NCBI GenBank assembly: GCA_046714595.1
Contig: JBKKAS010000027.1
Coordinates: 1-40,648 of the forward strand
DNA length: 40,648 bases
Reading direction: 5' to 3'
From: Pyrinomonadaceae bacterium
GTDB taxonomy: Bacteria; Acidobacteriota; Blastocatellia; Pyrinomonadales; Pyrinomonadaceae
A program made the translations under genes and the position numbers. Positions within the stretch are counted from its first letter, which is position 1; each line of letters starts with the position of its first letter. The notes beneath the pieces were generated by a model. It did not search any database, was not told the DNA's origin, and worked only from the letters and a program-made list of their open reading frames with translations. Positions 18,062 through 26,869 of the stretch are shown here, in pieces.

Positions 18062-18093
18062 AAAAAAAACGGCCGGATCATCCGGCCGTTTTC
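18062..18093. terminator. Bidirectional rho-independent terminator between the two convergent cytochrome operons
   Basis: 'aaaaaaaa CGGCCGGA tca TCCGGCCG tttt': a GC-rich 8-9 bp stem and 3-nt loop, flanked by an A8 tract and a T4 tract. Confidence 0.85.
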
Positions 18094-18119
18094 GCAAAGG
18101 GTGCGCGTCTTATCGCTCT

Positions 18120-20180
18120 CTAACGATCAACCGCGGCCTTGCCGAAATAGATTCGCAGCGAAGTATATGGTAGGTGGGCGTTGTAATTCTGTGGATTACC
18201 TAAGCGTTCCTTGTAATCGTAGTACTGGTATCCGAGATTCCAGTCGATATTACTCGTTAGTTTTATAGCGAGCCTAACCTCGGGCGATTGAAAGCGCATC
18301 GGGTACGAAGTGATTATGTCTTGCGCCCGCGTTGACACACGGCCACCCTGGCCGCGGTCGTCGTTTATCCGGTAACTCGCGAAAACCGAAACCCGTTTGA
18401 CCGGTCTGGCGTGGATATCGAAGAAGAAACTGCTGTCACGCACAAAGTACTGGCTGATCCCGGCAAGCCGGGCACCTGCGACGGGGACGATGATGTCCGT
18501 TACCGCGTTGAGGTGCTGGAAGGTATAGCCACCGCTGAGAGTGATCTCGGGTGCGGGTGTCCAGTCGACGCTGGCTGCAAAAGTTCGGCTGCGTGTTTCG
18601 GAGGTGAAGTTGACGGCTGGCATCTCGACCGAGCGCGACGGATTATCGTTACTGCGGCTTATGAACGACGCATTGATCGAAAACGTCTTTATATTCGCTC
18701 GCGTACGAAACCGGAAATTAGTGAAATCGTAATTCGCGAGCCGGGTGAAAACGTTATCCGCCTTTCCGTGTTCGGCATCGAAGAAGATCACCCAATTATT
18801 TACCGGCTTTGCCTTGAAGCCGGCGATAAGCCCGTGGGTTTGGTTGGCGAACTCTTCCGAGATGATGGTCGTGATCGGGGTCGGACTTACATTCCTGTTC
18901 GAACCCTCGATCTGCACTTTCCTATCGGTGAATCTGTAGCCGATGTTGAACCCGAACCGGTTGTTGACCTGGTAGTCCGCCTCGATCAAGTTCGTCGCTC
19001 TGCGATACGCCGTGACGCGGTGAGCGAGCGTGCTGGTCAACACAGTCGGCAGGCCAGTACCTGCAGCATTCCTTCGTCTTAGCTCTTCATAAAAAGCATT
19101 TCCGCCGCTGATATTGAACTGGTCGAACGTAAACGTGTTCGAGATCCTAAACTTCTCCGTCACCCGGAACGTCATGCCGAGATCGCCGCGCGTTTGCGGA
19201 CGTTTCGCCTGACCCGAGATCGCAAACAAGTCGAGGTCTACCTGGTTATTTGAATTATCCCGGCCCGTGATCCGTTCGCTGAGGTTAAATTCGGTCGACG
19301 TCTGCGAATGGATCAAACGTGCGGTGAAGTCCAGTTTGCTTGCGAATGTTCGCTGCGCGTGAAACTGCACAAAATTCGTTGTGCCCTCGATTGGATTTCG
19401 CCGCTCGAAAGTAAACAGCCTCGGATTGTTCGTCGGATTGTTTCCGAGATTAATGCCGTCGATGAAATAGCTCGTTCGCTCATTGAATTTACGAAAGCCG
19501 TAATTCAAACCCAAATTGAAGCCGTACGCTTTGCCCTCGACACCCGCGCGGAAATCGTCTGACCTGGAATCGACATTCGACAAGATGCCGAACTCGTCGC
19601 CGTATGCGCGCGTCGTAAAACCGCCGTCGCCGCCGGTTCGGTTGAAGGAGTAACCCAAGCGAAATCTCAACGATTCGCGTTCGGGGAAGATACTAAGATC
19701 AAAATCGCCAAAGCCGTGATCGGTATTGGCATTATGCTGATTCAGCGCGTGATTGGTGAGATTGTTGAAATACTTCACGCGACGGATATTCGAATCGAAC
19801 CGATAGAACCCTCTGCGCTCGAGATTGAATCGAAACATGCCGCTCGGGTCACCGCCCCAGCCGCTTGTTGTCACCAGGGCGGAATCAAAAAAGTTTCCAT
19901 GCCCTTCTTTGTTCTCGATCAGGAAGCTTGAATCGAACACGCGAAAGCCGGGCCGGTAGTTCAAATCGCTGCGGTACTTGTTGTCGCTGCCATTTACGTG
20001 CACGCCGCGCAAGCCGAGCTCGATCGTGGATGTGATCTCGGCTCCGCTTGATGACGTGCTGGTGCTAGATGGCGTCGGGGATGGAGTTGGTGATTGCGCC
20101 GACGACGTTTGCGGCAGCATCGTACAGATTACGAAGATCAAAGCCGTAAACAGAATGTATCTATCGCGAGCGCAATTCAT
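18120..20180 (-). CDS. Outer-membrane beta-barrel protein, MtrB/PioB-family-like (porin partner of the decahaem cytochrome)
   Basis: Start chosen at ATG 20180 ('MNCARDRYILFTALIFVICTMLPQTSSAQS', signal peptide). It is preceded by GGAG and lies 16 nt after the stop of the upstream decahaem gene; the track's 20231 start overlaps that gene. A PT/S-rich linker is followed by about 620 aa rich in Y/F/N/G/R/D with an alternating pattern. The N-terminal 'IELGLRGVHVNGSDNKYRSDLNYRPGF' resembles the start of the MtrB/PioB family. At 686 aa it is close in size to MtrB (about 700 aa). Confidence 0.65.
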   Translation of the reverse strand: MNCARDRYILFTALIFVICTMLPQTSSAQSPTPSPTPSSTSTSSSGAEITSTIELGLRGVHVNGSDNKYRSDLNYRPGFRVFDSSFLIENKEGHGNFFDSALVTTSGWGGDPSGMFRFNLERRGFYRFDSNIRRVKYFNNLTNHALNQHNANTDHGFGDFDLSIFPERESLRFRLGYSFNRTGGDGGFTTRAYGDEFGILSNVDSRSDDFRAGVEGKAYGFNLGLNYGFRKFNERTSYFIDGINLGNNPTNNPRLFTFERRNPIEGTTNFVQFHAQRTFASKLDFTARLIHSQTSTEFNLSERITGRDNSNNQVDLDLFAISGQAKRPQTRGDLGMTFRVTEKFRISNTFTFDQFNISGGNAFYEELRRRNAAGTGLPTVLTSTLAHRVTAYRRATNLIEADYQVNNRFGFNIGYRFTDRKVQIEGSNRNVSPTPITTIISEEFANQTHGLIAGFKAKPVNNWVIFFDAEHGKADNVFTRLANYDFTNFRFRTRANIKTFSINASFISRSNDNPSRSVEMPAVNFTSETRSRTFAASVDWTPAPEITLSGGYTFQHLNAVTDIIVPVAGARLAGISQYFVRDSSFFFDIHARPVKRVSVFASYRINDDRGQGGRVSTRAQDIITSYPMRFQSPEVRLAIKLTSNIDWNLGYQYYDYKERLGNPQNYNAHLPYTSLRIYFGKAAVDR

Positions 20181-20196
20181 TTCTTCTCCGTTCACA

Positions 20197-21216
20197 CTAT
20201 CTGAAAAATACCGGGCTAGAGTTCGACCCATGGATCGCGGAATGGCATATCGTGCAATTTTGATATCTCAGCACGGCTTGGTTGTGGAACGACGGCGTGT
20301 CGGGGGCAAACTGATCGGTAATGCTGCTGTGACACTCCAGGCATAGCTGTCGTACCGAGCTTCGCTTCAACATTTTCGGATTAGCGGAGCCATGCGGCGT
20401 GTGACAGGCAGAACATCCCTCGACCTTCAACGGGGCGTGTTCAAAAACGAATGGGCCCTGTTTGTTGCTGTGACATTTCACGCAGGATGCGTCGGCGCCG
20501 ACAGCGAGCTTGACCTGTTTCTGTTCGAAACCGCCATGCGGGTTATGGCAATCGCTGCAGTTCATCGCGCCTTCAAGGACTTTATGGTGAAACGGTTTGG
20601 TGAATTGGGCTTTCGTTTCCGTGTGACACGACATGCAGAGCTGGGGCTCGTTCGAACGGAGCATCGCGCGGGTCGCCTGGCCCGGCTTCTGCGCCGCAAC
20701 ATCACCGACAAACGTGATCGAACCCGCTTTCAACGTGCCGTGATCCGGCCCGTGCGCGGTATGGCACTCGGTACAGCCGACGTTGTTACGCCAATGCTCG
20801 CCGCGTCGAAAATTGTTGTGATTCTCTTTACCTGCGTGACATGCCAAACACGTCTCGGCCGCTGCCTTTGAATCGAGGCGTTTGAATGAAATTATTTTAG
20901 TCTTATCGCCGGCCGACTCGACGTGCGCTTTGCCGGGTCCGTGACACGATTCGCATCCGACGACCTTTCCTTTCCACGACGCGACCGTGTGCAGCTTGCC
21001 GTGTTTTGTTCCTTCAAAGCTTTTGAACTGGGGTTCGTGGCAGGCGGCGCAGGTCTCAGTGCCAACGTAGTTGTCGTCTAACGTTCCGGATGTTAGGGCG
21101 ATTTGGCCGGCGCTGTTTGCGCGTTCGGACACGGTGCCAAGGGCCAGCCATACCGCTAACGAAAGTGAAATGATCGAGAGCAAACCGAGCTTGATATGTT
21201 TGTTGGAAAACGGCAT
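20197..21216 (-). CDS. Periplasmic decahaem c-type cytochrome, MtrA/DmsE/PioA/MtoA family
   Basis: 339 aa with a signal peptide and exactly ten CXXCH: CAACH, CESCH, CLACH, CTECH, CMSCH, CSDCH, CVKCH, CSACH, CLECH, CTICH. The blocks 'CSDCHNPHGG', 'FEHAPLKVEGCSACHTPHGS', 'QLCLECHS' and the C-terminal 'CHSAIHGSN' match my recollection of Shewanella MtrA (333 aa). Confidence 0.88.
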   Translation of the reverse strand: MPFSNKHIKLGLLSIISLSLAVWLALGTVSERANSAGQIALTSGTLDDNYVGTETCAACHEPQFKSFEGTKHGKLHTVASWKGKVVGCESCHGPGKAHVESAGDKTKIISFKRLDSKAAAETCLACHAGKENHNNFRRGEHWRNNVGCTECHTAHGPDHGTLKAGSITFVGDVAAQKPGQATRAMLRSNEPQLCMSCHTETKAQFTKPFHHKVLEGAMNCSDCHNPHGGFEQKQVKLAVGADASCVKCHSNKQGPFVFEHAPLKVEGCSACHTPHGSANPKMLKRSSVRQLCLECHSSITDQFAPDTPSFHNQAVLRYQNCTICHSAIHGSNSSPVFFR

Positions 21217-21308
21217 GGTTCCCTTCGTTCTGGCGGAATCTCACCGGTAAGCCGAAGGCTTCGGGTGACTCAGGTAACAATATCTTACGCCCGTCGAGCA
21301 GGCTCGTA

Positions 21309-21324
21309 TGTGTTATACGTCACA
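21309..21324. promoter_or_regulatory. CRP-type box TGTGT-N6-TCACA upstream of the mtrA-like/mtrB-like operon
   Basis: 'TGTGTtatacgTCACA', one mismatch from TGTGA-N6-TCACA. It lies 93-108 nt upstream of the ATG at 21216 (minus strand), between the regulator gene and the decahaem gene. Confidence 0.5.
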
Positions 21325-21371
21325 TATAGAAAATAGAGCATTGCTCGAAGACGCAGAGAGGCGGATTGACA

Positions 21372-22106
21372 TCATCCGTGTCCATTTCCGTGCTTTGCTC
21401 CGATCGCCGCCTTTAGTCGGGCTCGATCAGGAATGCATAGCTCGGTTTTTGAAAATGTTATCAGTTGACGATCCTTGAAGTCCTTAAAAAGGCGGGTCAC
21501 GGTCTCACGGCTGGAACCGATCATTTCCCCGATCTCGCCGTGTGTATGCGTCGGCGAAATTCTAACCAAGTCCCCGTTCGGCGAACGCTCACACCACTGG
21601 AGAAGTAGCCGGGCGAGCTTATCACCTGCCGACGCGGAAAGCCCCAGTGAGCAGATCTGCAGATGCGCTTTATGATAGTTACTGCTCAGCTGTTTCAAGG
21701 CGTTTAGTGCCGCTTCGTGATGTGTTCTGACAAAATCAAGGAAGCTGCTTTTGTTGATGAAGCTAACGCGGCAAGAGTCCGACGCCTGCGCCGTTTTTTC
21801 ATGCGGCACATCCGAGATAACGGCACTCAGCCCGAGGACCTCGCCTGGTTCGGCGATACGAAGAATGATCGTTTTACCTTCTTCCGAATAGGTGGATAAT
21901 TTGACGCGACCGTCGCACAGCAAGTACACGCCGTGTGGTGGTTGGCCTTCCATAAAAATGGTCGAGCCACGAGGAAACACGTGCGATACCTTCAGCGATT
22001 GTAGTTCCGCAAAGGCAGGCTCTGGCAGGTTGCAAAAAAACGTTTCGCGACGTATTTTGCAGTCCGCGCATGTTCCCGGAATTCTAAGGGGTTCCGAGAT
22101 CTTCAT
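21372..22106 (-). CDS. Crp/Fnr-family transcriptional regulator with FNR-like Cys set and CRP-like recognition helix
   Basis: 244 aa. The N-terminal 'C13ADC16KIRRETFFC25' plus 'ASDSC112RVSF' parallels E. coli FNR Cys20/23/29/122. A cNMP-binding-like beta-roll is present ('FMEGQPPHGVYLLCDGRVKL'). The HTH 'IGEMIGSSRETVTRLFKDF' parallels CRP 'IGQIVGCSRETVGRILKML'. Confidence 0.85.
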   Translation of the reverse strand: MKISEPLRIPGTCADCKIRRETFFCNLPEPAFAELQSLKVSHVFPRGSTIFMEGQPPHGVYLLCDGRVKLSTYSEEGKTIILRIAEPGEVLGLSAVISDVPHEKTAQASDSCRVSFINKSSFLDFVRTHHEAALNALKQLSSNYHKAHLQICSLGLSASAGDKLARLLLQWCERSPNGDLVRISPTHTHGEIGEMIGSSRETVTRLFKDFKDRQLITFSKTELCIPDRARLKAAIGAKHGNGHG

Positions 22107-22475
22107 TTAAACTCACTCTTTAAACTCACTTTTCAGAAACGCCAAGCTAACCAAATCGCCTTTACACTTAGCGCTGGATAGATGGATGAGGTGATCGGCG
22201 TTCACCGTAGGGCCCGCCAACCTACAGAGATGGGCTTTTATGGCTGTAGGAACTATTGTCACGGTCCCAGCACTGGAACGGCGAAGTGTAGTTGTAACGC
22301 GGCATGGTGCGATCGAAATCTAATTACGAAAAAAGTTGGGGCGCGTCGCTTACTCCATTTCCTTAAGAATACCGTTCCGCATGCGAGGCCGTCAGTGCGC
22401 TTTCGCACAGAACGACTTAGTGAATTCTTTCAAATTCTTCTGACGAAGACTCCTTGCTCTTCAGTTTGAACGCGC

Positions 22476-23966
22476 GTGACGACCAATTCATTGCGCGGTG
22501 GTATCGAATCGGATATATTCATGAGCAATACCCGTCGTCCCCGCTCGCCGGAGAAGTTCAAGCTAATGAAAAGCTCGACCTCGAAGATCCTTATAGTCGA
22601 TGATGAATCCGGCGTCCGGTTTGTGCTGAGCGAAGCCCTGCGCTCGTGGGGCTACGAATCGATCCAGGCGGGCAGCGTTGCTGAGGCGGTGACCTTGTTC
22701 GGGGAAGAACGTCCCACGGTGGCACTTCTCGACATCGATCTTCCTGACGGTTCAGGCCTGGACATTCTGAACAAGATCAAAGAACTGCAGCCGGCAACAG
22801 TCGTCATAATGATAACGGGAAATGTAAATGTTCCGAATCTTATGACCGCACTCAAAGGGGGAGCTCACGATTTCATTGGCAAGCCAATCCATCTGGAGGA
22901 GCTTCGCATAACATTGCGGAACGCGCTCGAGACCCGCGAGTTACGTCGTGAAGTGCGACATCTAAGAGACGAACGGGCACATCAATTCAGTCTTGAACAG
23001 ATACTCGGTGAATCTGCACCGATGAAAAAAGCGGTCGAGCTCACGCGGCGCGTCGCCCGCTCTGATGTCACGGCGATCCTGCTTCAGGGAGAAACGGGAA
23101 CGGGCAAGGATTTGTTTGCCCGGGCCATTCACCAGGCTTCCGACCGGGCTAATGCGCCGTATCTGGCGATCAACTGTGCCGCACTGCCGGCAACACTTAT
23201 CGAATCGGAATTGTTCGGTTACGAAAAAGGCGCGTTCACCGATGCGAAGCAAAAGAAAGAAGGATTGTTCGAGCAAGCACAGGGGGGAACGATCTTCCTG
23301 GACGAGATCGGAGAGATGGAACTTAGCCTTCAGGCGAAGCTTCTTCGCGTTTTGGAAGAAGGTGTGTTTCGCCGAGTCGGAGGTTTAAAAGATCTGCCGC
23401 TCGATGTGCGTATCGTTGCGGCATCGAACCAGAATTTGAAAAAGGCGAGCGAGAACGGAACCTTCAGGCTCGACTTGTTCTTCCGCCTGTCGGTAATCCA
23501 GATCGACATTCCGCCCCTTCGCGAGCGCGGTAACGACATCCTGATCCTTGCGCAGCACTACATCGACAAAGTAAATCTGAAACGCGGCGTCCGACAGTTA
23601 AAAGGACTTGGTCCAGACGTCGCTTCGATCTTTAAAGGTTATAGATGGACCGGAAACGTACGCGAGCTGAGGAACGTGATCGAGCGCGCCTCGATACTCG
23701 AGGACGGTGAGTTCGTCACTGCAGCTCATTTACCCGCCGATATGATCGGAGCTACCACCGGCGGACCGAACGGCCGGTCAGGGGTCGTACTTCCCCCGGA
23801 GGGCATTCCGCTCGAGACGGTTGAGGTCGACCTCGCGCGACAAGCGTTAGCCAGAACGGGAGGCAATCTGACGCGAGCTGCAAAGCTCCTTGATATCTCG
23901 CGCGATCAACTCCGGTACAAGCTCAAGAAAGCCGGAGACCTGGGTGCCGATCCCGAGATAGTGTGA
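22476..23966 (+). CDS. Sigma54-dependent response regulator (NtrC family: REC-AAA+-Fis HTH)
   Basis: REC domain ('[23 protein letters not shown]'). AAA+ domain with Walker A 'GETGTGKD', 'GAFTDA' in place of GAFTGA, and Walker B '[11 protein letters not shown]'. C-terminal HTH '[23 protein letters not shown]'. The track start is a GTG; ATG 22521 or ATG 22566 ('[13 protein letters not shown]') are plausible alternative starts. Confidence 0.9.
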   Translation: MTTNSLRGGIESDIFMSNTRRPRSPEKFKLMKSSTSKILIVDDESGVRFVLSEALRSWGYESIQAGSVAEAVTLFGEERPTVALLDIDLPDGSGLDILNKIKELQPATVVIMITGNVNVPNLMTALKGGAHDFIGKPIHLEELRITLRNALETRELRREVRHLRDERAHQFSLEQILGESAPMKKAVELTRRVARSDVTAILLQGETGTGKDLFARAIHQASDRANAPYLAINCAALPATLIESELFGYEKGAFTDAKQKKEGLFEQAQGGTIFLDEIGEMELSLQAKLLRVLEEGVFRRVGGLKDLPLDVRIVAASNQNLKKASENGTFRLDLFFRLSVIQIDIPPLRERGNDILILAQHYIDKVNLKRGVRQLKGLGPDVASIFKGYRWTGNVRELRNVIERASILEDGEFVTAAHLPADMIGATTGGPNGRSGVVLPPEGIPLETVEVDLARQALARTGGNLTRAAKLLDISRDQLRYKLKKAGDLGADPEIV

Positions 23967-23977
23967 TCTAACTGAAT

Positions 23978-25918
23978 ATGCTGCCCGCACGCCAGAGTAA
24001 TACCGAAGCATCCACGGATCAGCCCCGCGGACAAACTTTAAAAGAACTATCCGACATTAAGTTCGCGCTCGACGAGGCGGCAATAGTCGCTCGGACAGAC
24101 GAGCGCGGGATAATAACTTACGTTAACGACAAGTTCTGCGATATATCCAAGTACAGTCGCGAAGAGCTTGTCGGACAAGACCACCGCATCATCAATTCCG
24201 GCTATCATTCCGAAGACTTCATCCGGGACATCTGGACGACCATAGCCAGCGGCAAAACGTGGCATGGCGAACTTCGTAACCGGGCAAAAGACGATTCGAT
24301 TTACTGGGTATACACGACGATCGTTCCATTCCTGGACGAACGCGGCAAGCCGTTCCAATACATTGCCATTCGCTTTGACATCACCGAGCGTAAACTCGCC
24401 GAAGAGCGCATCCGACAGCAGGCATCGCTTCTCGACAACGCGCAGGACGCGATCCTCGTCTGCGACCCAAATTACCAGATCCTGTATTGGAACAAGGGCG
24501 CCGAGCGCATCTATGGCTGGCAGCTGGACGAGGTATTAGGCAGGAACATTTGCGATGTTTTGTTTGGGGGTGACAGACGCCCGATCGAAGAGGCGCACAG
24601 TGCCTTACAAGACGCCGGCGAACTAAAGTCGGAGGCTCGACATAGGACGAAAAGCGGAAGAAAACTGATCGTGGAAAGTCGTTGGACACTCGGGGCCAAC
24701 GGGCAGGAAAAGCCTGATCATGTTCTCATGATCAACACCGATGTAACCGAACAGAAACGAGCCGAGGAGCACCTGCTTCGGGCACAGCGGATGGAATCAA
24801 TTGGCACACTTGCCGGAGGCATTGCACACGATCTGAACAATATTCTCTCGCCCATTGTGATGTCGGTCGAAATGCTTCGGTTAAAGTACGGCGACGCAGA
24901 GACACAAAGATGGCTTTCGCTGATCGGCGAAAACGCCGAACGAGGCGCGGACCTGATAAAGCAGGTGCTGACATTTGCCCGCGGCCTCGAGGGTGAACGC
25001 ATACCTGTTCAGGTAAAGCATATCGTCAAGGATCTGGTCAGCGTCCTCCAGGAAACGCTGCCGAAATCGATCACACTAAAGTACGATGTCGGCACGCCGT
25101 GGCTTATCCCGGCCGATCCGTCTCAGATCCATCAGGTTCTGATGAATGCATGCCTGAATGCTCGTGACGCCATGCCGAACGGCGGCTCGCTGCGGATCGG
25201 GGTAGAAAATGTGCGCGTCGACGAGAGCTATGTTCGCATGAATCCCGAAGCGAATTTGGGCGGTTATGTTCAGCTCATCATTGAAGACACGGGTACAGGA
25301 ATGTCGCAGGAAACGGTCAAGCGAATTTTCGATCCGTTCTTTACTTCAAAGGCCCTCGGACACGGAACAGGACTCGGTCTTTCGACGGCCCTGACCATAG
25401 TGAAAAGTCATAGCGGATTCATAAGCGTCTATAGCGAGCCGGGTCGCGGAACTCGGTTTTCGATCAATCTTCCGGCGATGGAGGATCAGGTCGAGCCACC
25501 GGCGGTGGAAGCGGTTTCCCAATATCCGAGAGGACACGGCGAATTGATCCTCTTAGTCGATGACGAAATAAACATCATTCAGATCACGACCGCTACGCTG
25601 GAACTTTTTGGCTATCGAACGGTTTCGGCCGCTGATGGTACGAAAGGCCTGGCCGCTTACGCCCGGCAGCAGGACGAGATAGATCTCGTCATAACCGACA
25701 TGTCGATGCCGGACATGGACGGTCCGTCAATGATAAAAGAGCTCCGGAGGATCGACCCCGGAATCAACATTATCGGCATGAGCGGCCTTATGAATACCGA
25801 GCAAGCGGCGGAACTCGAACGCTTTGGCGTCAGCGCGTTTCTTACGAAGCCCTTCACTGCGGAAAAGCTCCTGACCGCCATCTCCAATGCCTTGGCGACT
25901 GATACCGCCGCACTTTAA
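23978..25918 (+). CDS. PAS/PAC-PAS hybrid sensor histidine kinase with C-terminal receiver
   Basis: Two PAS-like regions ('IITYVNDKFCDISKYSREELVGQDHRIINS', 'ILYWNKGAERIYGWQLDEVLGRN'). H-box 'GGIAHDLNNILSPI'; ATPase boxes 'IEDTGTGM' and 'GTGLGLS'. Receiver 'ILLVDDE..VITDMSMPDMDG..TKP'. It starts 11 nt after the response regulator gene. Confidence 0.9.
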   Translation: MLPARQSNTEASTDQPRGQTLKELSDIKFALDEAAIVARTDERGIITYVNDKFCDISKYSREELVGQDHRIINSGYHSEDFIRDIWTTIASGKTWHGELRNRAKDDSIYWVYTTIVPFLDERGKPFQYIAIRFDITERKLAEERIRQQASLLDNAQDAILVCDPNYQILYWNKGAERIYGWQLDEVLGRNICDVLFGGDRRPIEEAHSALQDAGELKSEARHRTKSGRKLIVESRWTLGANGQEKPDHVLMINTDVTEQKRAEEHLLRAQRMESIGTLAGGIAHDLNNILSPIVMSVEMLRLKYGDAETQRWLSLIGENAERGADLIKQVLTFARGLEGERIPVQVKHIVKDLVSVLQETLPKSITLKYDVGTPWLIPADPSQIHQVLMNACLNARDAMPNGGSLRIGVENVRVDESYVRMNPEANLGGYVQLIIEDTGTGMSQETVKRIFDPFFTSKALGHGTGLGLSTALTIVKSHSGFISVYSEPGRGTRFSINLPAMEDQVEPPAVEAVSQYPRGHGELILLVDDEINIIQITTATLELFGYRTVSAADGTKGLAAYARQQDEIDLVITDMSMPDMDGPSMIKELRRIDPGINIIGMSGLMNTEQAAELERFGVSAFLTKPFTAEKLLTAISNALATDTAAL

Positions 25919-25925
25919 ACATTAA

Positions 25926-25957
25926 AAAGGCTGCCGGAGGAAGATTCGGCAGCCTTT
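25926..25957. terminator. Stem-loop terminator between convergent genes
   Basis: 'AAAGGCTGCCG gaggaagatt CGGCAGCCTTT gttt': an 11-bp perfect stem and 10-nt loop, with a short T tract after it and an A tract before it. Confidence 0.7.
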
Positions 25958-25990
25958 GTTTCGCAAACAGCTTGGCAAGTTTGCCTTCTG

Positions 25991-26869
25991 TTATTTGCAC
26001 CAATTGCCGGTCTTTTGCAGACAAGTGAATTGCCACGCAAAAGCCTGCTCGGTCGGAAGCGGTGTTCCGTCAATGGTCGCATGCCAGAGATAGGCATCCT
26101 GTGCGATCACACCGTTTGTCGGATCGGAGATCGTCGGGGCGATCGCATACTGTTCTACAACACCTTTCGGCGGTACAGTACTGATGAGCTCGAACTTCAT
26201 CATCACCCTGAGATCTTCGATGGTATTCATGATCGGGGTGTCGTCCGCGGACATTCCATTCTTCTTCTCCATATACGCCATCAATTCGGCTCCGTCTTCC
26301 GTGAAAGCTTTTTCCGTGAAGGTCACGAAAACGATCTCACGAAGACCCAGCGGATTGATATCCATCTGCTGATCGCTCGGCATCGGCGCGTCACTTGCTA
26401 TCAACGCCGCTTGTCGTGTGGTCGCATAAGTCCGAGAGTCTCGCAGCTTGGAATGAGGGAATACGTATAGCTGGAATAGCTTTGCAGCTTCCCTAGCTCG
26501 TGCGCCGGGTTTGCCGTCGATAAATGCGTAGTCCGAGAACTCTCCAAGCGGGTACCAGAAAAGTATCTCGCCATCCGCGCCGTAGGCAGGCATCGTCGCG
26601 ATGACCCGTACGTTCGAGTGGATTGGATTACTGGAATTGCCGAATATCGAGAGCCCGTCCGAACCAGTACGACGGTCAAGTATCGCCTTGACGGCGATCC
26701 CGTTCGCCTCGAAATACTCATTCGAATAATCGTGGGGGTTCATCGCCGTGTCTTCCCACAGTGGTCCAATGGGGCCGACAGCCTTTTGGGCCGAAACCGA
26801 CCCAGTAGAAACTAGAAGTATTAATCCGAATACTATTGTCCAAAAGGATGCGCTGGCAGTTCTGTTCAT
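25991..26869 (-). CDS. Secreted hypothetical protein
   Basis: 292 aa with signal peptide 'FWTIVFGLILLVSTGSVSAQ' and a C-terminal Cys pair 'CLQKTGNWCK'. I recognise no family. Confidence 0.7.
   Translation of the reverse strand: MNRTASASFWTIVFGLILLVSTGSVSAQKAVGPIGPLWEDTAMNPHDYSNEYFEANGIAVKAILDRRTGSDGLSIFGNSSNPIHSNVRVIATMPAYGADGEILFWYPLGEFSDYAFIDGKPGARAREAAKLFQLYVFPHSKLRDSRTYATTRQAALIASDAPMPSDQQMDINPLGLREIVFVTFTEKAFTEDGAELMAYMEKKNGMSADDTPIMNTIEDLRVMMKFELISTVPPKGVVEQYAIAPTISDPTNGVIAQDAYLWHATIDGTPLPTEQAFAWQFTCLQKTGNWCK

Noticed and set aside
22107-22130. Direct repeat TTAAACTCACT x2 (period 13) immediately upstream of the Crp/Fnr gene start codon
   Set aside because: It is only two short copies with no matching palindrome or known motif. 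It may just be AT-rich leader sequence.
22182-22469. 95-aa plus-strand ORF in the 369-bp divergent region between the Crp/Fnr gene and the sigma54 activator gene
   Set aside because: It is Cys/Arg-rich with an odd composition, no ribosome-binding site and no recognisable motif. This is more likely a promoter or leader region.
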